Positions 49,379-62,182 of a DNA stretch of 64,000 nt are shown piece by piece. The DNA comes from Octopus sinensis (Eukaryota): positions 17,112,001 through 17,176,000 of the forward strand of contig NC_043012.1 of assembly GCF_006345805.1 (NCBI RefSeq), read 5' to 3'. The notes beneath the pieces were generated by a model that made no database searches, had not been told where the DNA came from, and was given only the letters and a program-made list of their open reading frames with translations. The first letter of the stretch is position 1. Each line of letters starts with the position of its first letter. A program made the translations under genes and the position numbers.

Positions 49379-50169
49379 CTTATTTGCTTGAATTTACAAA
49401 GATAAGAAACAAAAGAGCTAAGCAACCCGCTGCGATCTTGGTTAATTGAACAAAATGCAAATAACAGGTATTAACGATGAAAATATACCTGGGTATACGA
49501 ATGAAGTACTGTACTTTTTGAGAGGAAAACTTTCCGAGTGTTCTCGGTTATGTGTTGTTTGTTCGATGAACAATAACAACCAGACTAATACCAGCAGCAA
49601 CAACAACAACAACAACAATAATAATAAAAATAGTAACAATAAACACTCGTTCAGATACATACCGAACTAATTGGTTGACTTGCTAATTTAATTCTTAAAT
49701 AATTCATTATACCTGCTAATTACCAGGTTACCAATAACACATTTAATTTTCAGTTTGTCTTTATGAGTTTTTTCCTAAATCTGTTAAATTAGATTTAACA
49801 AAACAATAAAAAAATAAACAAGAAAAGCATAAAGCAAAGAGAAAATAAAAACAATAAAATAGGTCGAAGATTAGTATCCAAGGCATTTGAATGTCTTTCG
49901 AAACTTGCAGGGCTGATCAAATTTTTTTACAAGGCATTGATCGGTCCAGGGTACCGTGCAGTGGAACTGAACCCAACGTCACATTGTTGAATAGCTAGCT
50001 TCTTCATTACACAGCCATGCCTGCACTTTGCAATGCTTGCAGCAAACTTAAAAAAGTATGAAGCAGATAACACATATTTTCTCCATATATATTAGTTTTC
50101 GTATGTAAAATTATTTCACTGTGTATGCACAGTAATGTTGAATGTGCCAGAAGTTAGCATCATAATAAT

Positions 50170-50668
50170 CATTTCTTTATTGCCCACGAGGAGCTAAACA
50201 TAGAGGGGACAAACAAGGACAGACAAACGGATTAAGTCGATTACATCGACCCCAGTGCATAACTGGTACATATCTAATCGACCCTGAAAGGATGAAAGGT
50301 AAAGTCGACTTCGGTAGAATTTGAACTCAGAACGTAACTACAGACAAAATACCTATTTCTTTACTGCCCACAAGGGGCTACACACAGAGAGGACAGACAA
50401 ACGGATTAAGTCGATTATATCGACCCCAGTGCGTAACTGGTACTTATTTAATCGACCCCGAAAGGATGAAAGGCAAAGTTGACCTCGGCGGAATTTGAAC
50501 TCAGAACGTAGCCGCAGACGAAATACCTATTTTTTTACTACCCACAAGGGGATAAACACAAAGGAGACAAAGAAGGACAGACAGACGGGTTAAATCGATT
50601 ATATCGACTCCAGTGCGTCACTGGTACTTAATTTATCGACACCGAAAGGATGAAAGGCAAAGTCGACA
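50170..50668 (-). mobile_element. SINE group A head-less tandem multimer (3 units)
   Basis: Repeated cccacaaggggcta..gaaaggatgaaagg..gaatttgaactcagaacg..gaaatacctat units. Confidence 0.9.
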
Positions 50669-50844
50669 GTTTTGAGCAAGTTTTGTGCCTACATTGAGTG
50701 CATTGGACGCAGAGGGATTTTTAAAGCCATTTTGGGGTAAAAAAGGTGCATCTTTTAGGCCATCAATATATTAGTTTCTTCTCCGAATCAACGAGGCTGC
50801 AACAGCTATATTGTATGATTTTTAAGAAATAGCAGCCAAATGTA

Positions 50845-52012
50845 TTCTCTTATTCTTTTACTTGCTTCAGTCATTTGACTGCGGCCATGCTGGTGCACCA
50901 CCATTAGCCGAACGACTAACCCCAGGAATTATTCTTTGTAAGCCTAGTTCTTATTATGTAGATATCTTTGGCCGAACCGCTACGTTACGGGGACGTAAAC
51001 ACACCAACGTTGCTTGCCAAGCGATGGTAAGGGACAAACACAGACTCACAAGCACACACACACAGACACACACACATACACACATACACACACATATACA
51101 CACACACATACACACACACATACACACACACATAAAATAAAATACAAAAAAGGAGACAGGAACGCAAAACATTCAGACAGTTAAGTGATACAAAAAAGGG
51201 ACAACGAAACATCTAGACCGACGCATTTCTCCGTTTTTATCCTTCCTTGTTTTCGTATACATTCGCTGCTTTCTTCCAAGGGATTTTATGCTCTTAGCTT
51301 AGTTTTTCCTTGGGGCTGGCAAGATTGGACCGGTCTTGAGTATAACCAGCCGAAATTGCAAAGATAATCTGGAACTCGACTGAGAAAAGAAAACTTCGAA
51401 TGACACCCGTCCTTGTTTTCTTTGTATCTGGATGTTTTCATTTTTGTATTCATTATATATAAAAAGATAGCCATGGAAAGGTCAATGCTTGGTATCTCGT
51501 TGAGAGAGCACATAAGTAGCGAGATCATCAGAAAGAAGTCCGGCGTGGGAGATGTCATCGCAGAGTATACACGCAGCAAGTATAGATGGGCTGGACACGT
51601 CGCCCGGCTCACCGATAATCGGTGGAGGCACGCAGTTGTCGAGTGGTACCCGCGCGAGCGGAAAAGACCACCCGGAAGACCTCCACGACGGTGGAGTTAC
51701 GATTTCAGGAGGACGATTGATCACGTGGATGAGAAAGGCGCGATCCAGAGAGGAGTGGACAGCGTGCTGTGACCAGCGGTGTCAAATGGACGCCTGACGG
51801 ACTGGTCGGTCAAGGTGATCAAGGTGATATACATATACATATATATATATACGATGGGCTTCTTTCAGTTTCCGTCTACCGAATCTACTCACAAGGCTTA
51901 GGTCGGCCCGAGGCTATAGTAGAAGACACATGCCCATGGTATCACGCAGTGGGATTGAACCCGGAACCATATGGCTGGGAAGCTAGCTTCTTTCCACACA
52001 CCTACGCATGCG
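50845..52012 (-). mobile_element. SINE group B interrupted in its central microsatellite by other elements
   Basis: Tail 50845-51060 and head 51850-52012, with a structured repeat and an RTE fragment between. Confidence 0.7.
51463..51830 (+). mobile_element. RTE-clade LINE 3' fragment
   Basis: AMERSMLGISLREHISSEIIRKKSGV..RWAGHVARLTDNRW..WYPRERKRPPGRPPRRW; tail ggtcaaggtgatcaaggtgat. Confidence 0.85.
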
Positions 52013-53155
52013 CATATGTACCCGAAAGAAAATTTCTAAGACACATTCGATAATGTAGCAATTGATAAACAATGTATAAAAATAATTGAGTTGTTCATAG
52101 TCGGAAAAAACTTCTCTTTTGAGTCTGTTTGATCAGTGATACCACTCCTCACCACTTCCATAGTGGATTTCTTTGAGGAACACTGGTTATACACTCGGGG
52201 ACCCCTAAAGGTGTAAATTACTGCACGGGCACACAACATAAAATATGAATATCTCATTTCGTGTGACAAAGAAGAGAAATACGACTCTATAAAAGATTGT
52301 ATGTATTAATACAGAATCGAAATAAAGTCTCAGTAGTAAACAAAGGGACAAGTGTTTCGTGCATGGCGAAAACGAAACTGTATATAATACACACAGTCAC
52401 AAAATGCACAAGCGTATATATGTACATGTAATACGTATATATGTGTATACGTGTGGTGTGTATCCATGCATGTGCGTATATATAGGATATATATTCGCAC
52501 ACATACATACATACATACATAAATACATATGCATACATGTATATATAGACACACAATATAATCCACGCACAAACATAGCTATACGTACACACGTACACAC
52601 ATATACCTCCTTCCATTGTGTCACTAATACGTACATACACCCATATATGACTGTATATAGAAATGTATACAATATTTATTCGTGTGTTCATATTTGTATA
52701 TTTGATGACCACCAACTAATAAAAAATACTGACTTGTGGTTCTAAACATAAAATTTCAATAAATTTCAATAAATCACACAAACGTATTTTCAACACGATA
52801 CGGTTAAAAGCTGATACACATTCCATATATGTAAGTATGTATGTATGTAAGTAAGCATGTATGTATATATGTATGTATGTAAATATGTATATACATACAT
52901 TTATATACATATATCTATCTATCTATCTCTCTATATATATATAGTTACACATACTCACAAACACACACATGCATATACATACATATGAACATTCACACAC
53001 ATGTGGCTACATATGTAAGCAAAACACACGGACATGTATATGTATGTATATATATATACACTTATGTACGTATCACATATGTGTATATGTATATATGGCA
53101 TGCATATATATCGATAAGTATGTACTTATATATATTATATATCATATATATACAA

Positions 53156-53203
<48 letters not shown>

Positions 53204-53510
53204 ATATATATGTATATATACTGGTATTGTGAGACATATTGATATATAAATCAATATGTGAAAGTTTCTGTTTATCTCTCATTCTTTATACATACGTATC
53301 ATCGCGTGTGTATTTATGAATATATGTGTATATATAAAACACACACAAAAACTATACACACACGCACACAGACATAGAGAGAGATATCCACACGCAATAT
53401 CTATCGTTATATAAGATTATGCATGTGTTCGTTCGTGTGTGTGTGTGCATTTGTGTGCGTATATGTGTGTATGTGTGTGGTTTTTATGTGTATGTGTGTG
53501 AGTGAGTGAG

Positions 53511-53555
<45 letters not shown>

Positions 53556-54189
53556 ATGCGTGCATATTTGTGCGTTGAGTATCTATATGAACATAGGCAT
53601 CTATAGTATTGCCCTTCTGTATGCGTCTGTATACCCCTCTCTCCATCTCTATATGCGTCTATTTACGTATGTATATAAGTATGTACGTATGCATGTATGT
53701 ATGTACGTATTTATGTATGTATGCATGTGTGCGTGCGCGCGCGTGTTTTAATATACGTACCTATATACATATTCATCAGTAGAATTTTCCAAAAATTTAG
53801 TTATTGTTTTAGGTTGTGTCTCGTTTACTAGAAACAGAAGCATTGTTATTAAAGTTTTATATAGACAGGAGACAATTACAACAGACGAATTCACATAAAT
53901 CAACATCAACAAAACAACACCAACAATAACAACAACAAGATTCGATACACAAAAACGGTAGCAAATGCACATTGGCTCGAAGCTTCTATCTCCTTCAAAC
54001 TCCTTCGAGAATCTTTTGTAAATAATTGAAATTTTGATTCTATAAAATTCCTCGCATCCCATTACTAGTTGGTGCGTTCCTGGTGATGCTGAAATATTCT
54101 GAATTATGTTTAATATACATAAACACATACATATATACAGACATGTATAGATGCGTGTATGTGTGCTTGGCTTGTAAGTATGTACATAA

Positions 54190-54334
<145 letters not shown>

Positions 54335-54514
54335 TATGTATATATATGTATATATATATGTATATATGTATAGTTATATTATATTCTGTAAGAACAGTAG
54401 ACTACAGTATAAACCTCATCCACCTTCAGATTTCCCCCTGTGTTATCCGTAGTAGTATTATACTTGCTTCCAGGTTTGCATTTGGGATTCTGTTGTGTGT
54501 GAATAGATAATTGT

Positions 54515-55228
54515 AAAAAATTGGAGTCAACAAGAAGGAGTACGGTTGAACATTTATTTTCAATCGCTACAATTGTTTCCACGCAAGGTAGTTCTCCAAA
54601 CATACAGGTACTTGGTTATGCAACCGTTTCCCTGCATTATGAGATCTAGTTGTGTTTTCTCAGGCGATATATGAATATTGTCTCCGTAAGGACAAATTCT
54701 CGGCTTCAAGAGCATCATTTCTGTCTGTCGTGGTCTGGAGCTTGTAGGAGCCACTGGGTTTATCAAAAGTGTATATGTGTACGTATGGGCCAATTCTTAA
54801 AGGTCAGTTAAGGACAATCGCATGTGTAATCAACAATGAAGAACAAATCAACAGTGCAACGAAATAAAATGCCGACCCTTTTAAAACGACAACCACATTA
54901 ATAGTAGCAGAATCACCAACTCACTACATGTACACACTCAAAGCAGTTTGCCAACGGCCCTTCAACGACAACACAGCTTTGATAAACTCAGTGGCTCCTA
55001 CTAACTTCAGGCCACGACAAACAGAGCGGATGTTCTTGAAGCTGGGAATTTATACTTATTGGAAACAATATTCACATATCGCTTAAGGAAACACCAGGCA
55101 TCATGATGCAAGGAAATGGTTGATTAATCAAATACCTGTATGTCTGGAGAACTATGTTGCGTGGAAACAATTGTATTTTTGAAAATAAATGTCCAACCTT
55201 ACTCTTTCTTGTTGACTCTAAATTTTTT
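54515..55228. repeat. Inverted repeat, about 255-bp diverged arms around a 200-bp spacer
   Basis: 54515-54770 is the reverse complement of 54971-55228 (for example ggagccactgggtttatcaaa / tttgataaactcagtggctcc). Confidence 0.8.
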
Positions 55229-55258
<30 letters not shown>

Positions 55259-55262
<4 letters not shown>

Positions 55263-55563
55263 AGTTTGGTAAGAAAGTTCTTGGACATTTTTAACATATC
55301 ACTTTAGTAACAATTAAAAAACAACAAAGAACAATCAATCCAAAAGGTAATTACCTTCGTTATCGATTACCTTTTGCCATCTTTCAGGCAAAGTTTTGAA
55401 TCCTTTCATCCAGAAATCACGTTGCTTTGAATCAATAAAGTCGTAAAGGAACGATTTCACATCTTCTGCGTTTTCGAACTCTGTATCGCCAATCGCGCAT
55501 TGCAAGGCAGAGAATAAGTGATAGTAAGAAGGGGCAAGGTCAGGAGAATATCGTGGGTGCACC
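55259..55563 (-). pseudogene. mariner transposase C-terminal remnant with TIR, truncated at the LINE junction
   Basis: VHPRYSPDLAPSYYHLFSAL...LPERWQKVIDNEGNY. Confidence 0.85.
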
Positions 55564-57105
55564 ATAATCGGCACCTGGAGAAGCAAGCCCATGCCGTCCG
55601 ACTGCGGCTCAGTAGTGGGACGCTGGACGGACGGACCGGTTAAATTGCTCGGGGTCTGGTTCAGTCCGGACCTCCAAATGGATAAGAACTGGGACGAGAT
55701 CACGAGTAGAGTGGTCGCTCTCAGCCAAACATGGGCCGAGAGAAAGCTGTCTCTAAAAAGTCGGGCGGAGGTGGCGAACGCGTACATCGCATCCGTCATC
55801 GATTACCGCCTGACCGTCGTGCCTTGTCCCGACGCCACCATCACCAAACTGGAACGCATACTCTTCCGCTTCCTGTGGAAGGGTGGCGTTCCAATGGTGA
55901 GGAGGTCCATTTGCTGTCAATATCCGTTGAATGGAGGACTAGGCATGCCGTGGTTGATGATACGCAGGCATGCGCTCAGACTGCGACATCTCCGGAACTT
56001 CATCGATGACGGTGAACAGGTGTGGGCGCCGTTTGTGAGGCGCGCCTTCCCGCAGCTCGTCTCACTGACCGAACTGCAAACGTGGATCAGGAAGAGACCG
56101 AAACTGGGCGATTGGCACCGAGAGTGTCGCCAAGCTCTACAGCAGCTCTGCCGACCGGGGTCAAACTTGTGCAACTTACAAACGACTCAAGCGTTCTATA
56201 GAGGACTAGTGGAGGGGAGGTCCGACGACACACTCGGGGCAAACCTGGGCGTCGACGAGAAATTCCTAACCCGCCTGTTCAGGACGACGTTCGGGCCGGG
56301 GCCTATGGATAACTTCCAGAAATCCCTGGCTTGGCAATGCTATCGAGACGCACTACCTGTTCGAGAGAAGAGCTACAGGCACTGTTCGAAAACCATCACC
56401 GGACCGACCTGCCCGAGATGCGGTCAGAACGACGAAACCGTTCTGCACGCACTCGTACAGTGTCCAGATATTTCAGAGCTGTGAACCTTCGTCGAACAGC
56501 TGTTGTCGCGTGTAGGACGGGCCCGCTTATCGGCCGAGTCTATCGTGAATATTGTTCCACTACCTTCCTTTAAACGGGAAGGGAAAACGGTTTTCGTTAC
56601 GCTGATGGCTATGGCGAAAGAATGTGTGTGGTGGACGCGTTTGAAAGGACTGCAAACAAACACCTTCCTCTCTGGTCAGTCTCTCGTCAACTTTTTCAAG
56701 TACCACTTGAATAGGAGGATGAGAATAGAGAAGAAGGCTTTGTCGAACGAATGTTTTAATAAAAAGTGGGTAAAAGTGGCAAAAATGGTCAGTATGAAAG
56801 ACGACTCTATTTTAAGCGTAAATCTGTAACAAAAAGAGACAACGAGAGGTAAGGTGACTTACTCATGTGTTCATTTTCGAACTGGTCTTTTTTGTAGGTT
56901 TTTCTTTCCAAGGCTACACCTAAACTGTGAACTTTATATATATATATATATATATTGCTTTTTTATACACCACAAAACCCACAGATCCCTATTGATCAAA
57001 CGGTTTTTTTGTGCCCCACCCATCCCACCTCGAAAAGAAAAAATTCTACATTGTATTTCGTCCATTTTTATTCTGTGTTTAGCCTTGTGTGGCTACAAAA
57101 AAAAG
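55564..57105 (+). mobile_element. 5'-truncated L1/Tx1-clade LINE (thumb, CCHC knuckle, 3' UTR, A-rich end)
   Basis: PVKLLGVWF..LSLKSRAEVAN..FLWKG..GGLGMP..CPRCGQNDETVLHALVQC. One frame from 55564 to 56829 with a single TGA at 56482-56484 (probably from TGG). Confidence 0.9.
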
Positions 57106-57119
57106 TTATCGATCTATCT

Positions 57120-57153
<34 letters not shown>

Positions 57154-57185
57154 CCGTCCGTCCGTCCGTCCGTCCGTCCATCCGC

Positions 57186-57253
<68 letters not shown>

Positions 57254-57713
57254 ATAAAACGAAAAATGCATTCAATACTAAAAAAAGGTACACGTAGGAC
57301 AGACACAGAAGGACCCTAATTCTTCATCAGTTATCGACCAATAATACTTATACTCAGTTTCGTTTCGTGCCTTTAGCGATAAGACTGAGCACTTCATATA
57401 TCGGTGGCACGCGAAATGTTTGCGTAGAATTAGGGCTCGCGCAAACAAGACAATACAGTGTGGACGTACGAAAGTAAACAAATGTACTTTGAAACGATAG
57501 ACGAAGACACAATTAACTAAAGCCTTTCGATCAGACACGAAAATGATGGCTAACGCCTTGAAGAAATCCTCAACTGGATATAAAAAGAGAAATGGTAATA
57601 CATACATACATACATACATACACACACACATATATATGCATTTATGTATGTATGTATGTATGTATGTATGTATGTATGTATGTATGCATGTATGTATCTA
57701 TATATAAATATGT

Positions 57714-58095
57714 GGAGGTGTAATGGCCCAGTGGTTAGGGCAGCGGACTCGCGGTCGTAGGATCGCGGTTTCGATTCCCAGACCGGGCGTTGTGAGTGTT
57801 TATTGAGCGAAAACGCCTAAAGCTCCACGAGGCTCCGGTAGGGGATGGTGGTGATCCCTGCTGTACTCTTTCACCACAACTTTCTCTCACTCTTACTTCT
57901 TGTTTCTGTTCTACCTGTATTTCAAAGGGTCGGCCTTGTCACTCTCTGTGTCACGCTGAATATCCCCGAGAACTACGTTAAGGGTACATGTGTCTGTGGA
58001 GTGCTCAGCCACTTACACGTTAATTTCACGAGCAGGCTGTTCCGTTGATCGGATCAACCGGAACCCTCGTCGTCGTAACCGACGGAGTGCTTCCA
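57714..58095 (+). mobile_element. SINE group C with third tail type
   Basis: Same head as 17433 and 47627; tail shared with 36381. Confidence 0.9.
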
Positions 58096-58149
58096 TAAAT
58101 TATATATGTGTGCGTGTACGTAAGTGTGTGTGTGTGTATATATATATAT

Positions 58150-58345
58150 CTTTCTTTTACGTTGTTGTCTTTATCCTTTTTGCTTCTTTCAGCCAATGGG
58201 ATGCGGCCATGCTGGAACACCACCTCGAAGGGTTTAGTAGTAAAAATCGTCCCCCGTACGTATTTCCACTTCAGCCTTATTCTATTGGTCGCTCCTGTCG
58301 AATTGCTACATAACAGCAGAGGTAAGCGAAACCCAACACCAGTTG
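58150..58345 (-). mobile_element. Degenerate SINE group B tail
   Basis: ttcagcca...gcggccatgctggaacaccacc. Confidence 0.55.
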
Positions 58346-58427
58346 TCATGCTGAAACTAAGGCGGCGACCCGACAGAATCGTACGTACGCCGCGCAAAAT
58401 GCTTAGTGGTATTTCGTTCGCCTTACG

Positions 58428-58545
58428 GCTTACGGCCATATCACGTTGAAAGCACCGGTTCTCGTCCGATCACCGAAGTTAAGCAACATCGAGCCTAGTT
58501 AGTACTTAGATGGGTGACCGCTTGGGAGACCTAGGTGCTGTAAGC
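58428..58545 (+). rRNA. Full-length 5S rRNA copy, A-tailed, probably a retropseudogene
   Basis: GCTTACGGCCATATCACGTTGAAAGCACCGGTTCTCGTCCGATCACCGAAGTTAAGC...GTACTTAGATGGGTGACCGCTTGGGA...GTGCTGTAAGC; terminal helix GCUUAC/GUAAGC; followed by ataaaaaaaa with no T-run terminator. Confidence 0.9.
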
Positions 58546-58557
58546 ATAAAAAAAATA

Positions 58558-58945
58558 GGGCGGCGAGCTGGCAGAAACGTTAGCAAGCCGGGCGAAATGC
58601 CTAACGGTATTTCGTCTGCCGTTACGTTGTGAGTTCAAATTCCGCCGAGGTCGACTTTGCCTTTCATCCTTTCGGGGTCGATAAATTAAGTACCAGTTAC
58701 GCACTGGGGTCGATGTAATCGACTTAATACCTATGTCTGTCCTTGTTTGTCCCCTCTGTGTTTAGCCCCTTGTGGGTAATAAAGGAATAGGTATTTCGTT
58801 CGCCTTTACGTTCAGAAGTTGATTTTACTTTTTATCCCTTCGGGGTCGATAAAATAAATCCCATTTAAGCACTGGGGTCGATGACTTCGACATAGCCTCT
58901 CCTCCAAAATTGCTGGCCTTGTGCCAACATTTGAAACCAATATTT
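58558..58945 (+). mobile_element. SINE group A composite (young unit + older, third-tail unit)
   Basis: Head at 58558; second unit starts ggtatttcgttcgcc at about 58791. Confidence 0.85.
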
Positions 58946-59024
58946 ACCCTGTTGCTAATCGCACCGTTGCATGATGGCAATCTTGCTTAAAGCTTGGGGA
59001 ATCACCATAACCTCATATATAATC

Positions 59025-59160
59025 CTTTCTACTATAGGCACAAGGCCGGAAAATTTTTTTTGTGGGGGACAAGTCGATTACATTGACCTCAGTGCGTAAC
59101 TGGTACTTATTTCATCGACCGCCCCGAAAGGATGAGCAGCTAAGTCGACCTTTGCGGAAT
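59025..59160 (-). mobile_element. 5'-truncated SINE group A with probable TSD
   Basis: ccataacctcatat at 59005 and 59161. Confidence 0.7.
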
Positions 59161-59209
59161 CCATAACCTCATATAATAATATGACGGAGTGCTCTCTAAA
59201 TGTTCATTA

Positions 59210-59450
59210 TACAGGGTTGTCCCAAAGTCATTAAATCAAAATTCTCAGTAAATCAAAATTCCATAAATGTAATTCTGTATTGACTCGAATGGAAAAAATG
59301 TGTTGGTCAAGAAAGACTTCAGTTGGAACAATTTGCATTATGTTTCATATTTAGATGCTTTTAGTAAAATCATTCAGTTGTTAAACATAAATCAATCTTG
59401 GAATTAAATAGTTCTGATTTACTGTCCGGTGACTTTTGGCCAACCCTGTA
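59210..59450. mobile_element. Tc1/mariner-type MITE
   Basis: TA|cagggttgtcccaaagtca ... tgacttttggccaaccctg|TA. Confidence 0.85.
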
Positions 59451-59664
59451 TTTTCAATTTCGGGTCTTTTCCGTTACATATATTTTCTTGTTATCATCTC
59501 TGCGTATTTTTCTCTATTGTGATTATCAGTGCACGTAAAAATTTAACACACAGATACACGCACACTCACGCACATATACGGACATATATACGCGCACTCA
59601 CTTCCACACACACACACACACACACACACACGTGTGAACACACCTTCTCACACGCATACACACG

Positions 59665-59879
59665 TGCTTTCATTTACTTGCTTCACTCATTTGACTGCGG
59701 CCATGCTGCAGCACCGCCTTTAGTCGAACAAATCGACCCCAGGACTTATTCTTTGTAAGCCCAGTACTTATTCTATCGGGTTCTTTTGCCCTACCGCTAA
59801 GTTACGGGAACGTAAACACACCAACATCGGCCGTCAAGCCATAGTGGGGGGATAAACACACACACAAATATATATGCAT

Positions 59880-59943
<64 letters not shown>

Positions 59944-60032
59944 GAAAAATACAAACTGGGACAAGAACGTAAAACATTTAGAAGACGATACACATATATA
60001 TATATATACATATATATACACATATATATGTA

Positions 60033-60079
<47 letters not shown>

Positions 60080-60350
60080 TATATTATAGAAAGGGCATTA
60101 CTATACATAAATGCCACACGCTAGAAGGGAATCTTAAAGTCAAACCTACTAAAATAAATAAATACGTGTATGTATATATATATATATATATATAAATATA
60201 TGACGGGCTTCTTTCAGTTTCAACCCTGTATTTTCAATTTTGGGTCTTTTCTTGTTATCATCTGTGCGTATTTTTCTCAGAAGGCTTTGCCCAAGGTGCC
60301 ATATGATTGGGAAGTAAACTTCTTACCACACAGCTACGCCTGCGCCTGTA
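59665..60350 (-). mobile_element. SINE group B with expanded or interrupted centre
   Basis: Tail 59665-59860 and head 60195-60350; part of the head is replaced by a copy of 59441-59512. Confidence 0.75.
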
Positions 60351-60352
60351 TA

Positions 60353-60396
<44 letters not shown>

Positions 60397-60567
60397 ATAT
60401 ATACATATCATTTCGTGTTATGCGTAGGAGAAATGCATGGTACCAAAATTTTCAACTCGAGTCAAATATAATAAACTACACCAAATCGCTGTTTGGGTAT
60501 CCGCATAATCGGATTCTGGACCTGCTAGTATGTACTAGCATCGAATCGGATAAGTTGTAACGATGAA

Positions 60568-60860
60568 GTTAAACCAAATAGTGAAATTTTGATGTAGTTT
60601 AACACGTACGTTTCGGGTCTGTTCGATACATAATAGGAAATGCGTCAGTTACGTAAAATGTTCCTCAGTTAAAACATTTCAAAATATGAAGCAGTTGATG
60701 GAAGACCATACATATTGAAATATTTCCATAACCTGCTTCAGATTTTGAAATGTTTTAACTGAGGAAGGTCTTACGTAGTCAGTGCATTTTCCTAGTATGT
60801 ATTGTACAGGCTCGAAACGTACGTGTTAAATGATTTCAAAATATTACTATTTGGTTTCAC
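60568..60860. repeat. About 130-bp-arm diverged palindrome
   Basis: ttaacacgtacgtttcg...ttcctcagttaaaacatttcaaaat.tgaagcag versus ctgcttca.attttgaaatgttttaactgaggaa...cgaaacgtacgtgttaa. Confidence 0.8.
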
Positions 60861-61296
60861 ACACACACACACACACTCACACATTTAAGGAGGATAGAGT
60901 ATTCAATGCACATATTAGATTTGTATAGTTAGAAGCAGCTAATGATTCGCTTCGTCATTATTTAGAATTTCAAGTAACTTATTTTTTCAGGCTACAGTAT
61001 GAAAGTAAAGTTAACATCACCGATCGGATTTGATCTCAGAGAAGAGAAATTCATAACAAATACCATAAGTATTCGTCACTTATTCTGATGGATATTAATA
61101 TAAAATGTGATATTTCGTGAGATTTTTATGAGTATATATTTTACATACTGACTTGTGTGCGTTTCAGTTTTATGTTGGCCGTCGAACTTTATAACACATC
61201 TATCCATTCTCGTTTAGAATAGTTTTTCAACAGCAATAAAACTAATTTCTCCATCTACTTCATGAGCACACATATAATGTCTACGTATCACATTAC

Positions 61297-61707
61297 CTCG
61301 TCCTGCTTATTGTTCAATAGTGAAGTACTCCATTTTCGATTTAAAACATATAGAATTTGTTGAATGCTTCAGGAGGTGGGAAACCATAGATACACCGTCA
61401 CCAAGAATATTGCTTCTAGCTGCTATTTGGTAATGTAATTCCAAAGTACGTTCCTTTAATGGATTCTCTTGAGTTTTGTATAAAACAGATTGGAATAATA
61501 ACGATGGATTGTTGTACATGTGTTTAAAAATGACGATAACATTTAATGTGCGGGCCAATGAGGCAATTGCGAAGAGTATTTCAGCATCAATGTTATCAGG
61601 TTTGGTTGAATACTTCATTGGATTGTATGCTAAGCTTATATTCGTATGAATGCCTATTTGGATGTGGTAAATACATCGACGATTACTACCGTCAGATAAT
61701 TGGTTAC
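61297..61707 (-). other. Open frame in unique AT-rich DNA: coding exon or decayed L1-type RT
   Basis: 156-aa ORF; ttttttattatcttcAG at about 61708 and gacgag|GTaatg at about 61297; ILFAIASLARTL / YNNPSLLF loosely echo RT domains 4-5. Confidence 0.25.
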
Positions 61708-61789
61708 TGAAGATAATAAAAAAATGGTTTTTAACCCCCACAATTATACGTAAGGATGTAGTTAATAATGGTTTCAAATTTTAACACAA

Positions 61790-62182
61790 GGCAAGCAGTT
61801 TCGAAGCAGTGGGTAAGTTGATTATATTCACTCCTGTGCTCAACTGGCACCTATTTTATCGACCTCGAAAGGATGAAGGGTAACGTCGACCTCGGTGGAA
61901 TTTGAACCCATAGCGTAAAGTCGGACGAAATGCCACTAAGCATTTTGTCCGGCGTGCTAAGCATTCTTTTCTACTCTAGGCACAAGGCTAGAAATTTTGG
62001 GGATGGGGAAGGCAGTCGATAAGATCGACCCCAGTACGCAACTGGTATTTAATTTATCGACCCTGAAAGGATGAAAGGTAAATTCGACCTCGGCGAAATT
62101 TGAACTTAGAACGTAAAGACAGACGAAATACTGCTAAGTATTTCGCCTGGCGTGCTAACATTTCTGCCAATTCACCACCTTA
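61790..62182 (-). mobile_element. Two adjacent SINE group A copies (61790-61965 older, 61965-62182 younger)
   Basis: gaaaggatgaa..gtcgacctcgg..gaatttgaac motifs twice. Confidence 0.85.

Noticed and set aside
53748-54128. 126-aa minus-strand ORF with a hydrophobic stretch and splice-like ends
   Set aside because: The hydrophobic part derives from a degenerate (GTT)n repeat that keeps frames open; insufficient support.
57714-57790. tRNA gene (also heads at 17433, 47627, 36381, 48567 and group A heads)
   Set aside because: A/B boxes are present but there is no complete cloverleaf or terminator; each continues into a SINE body.
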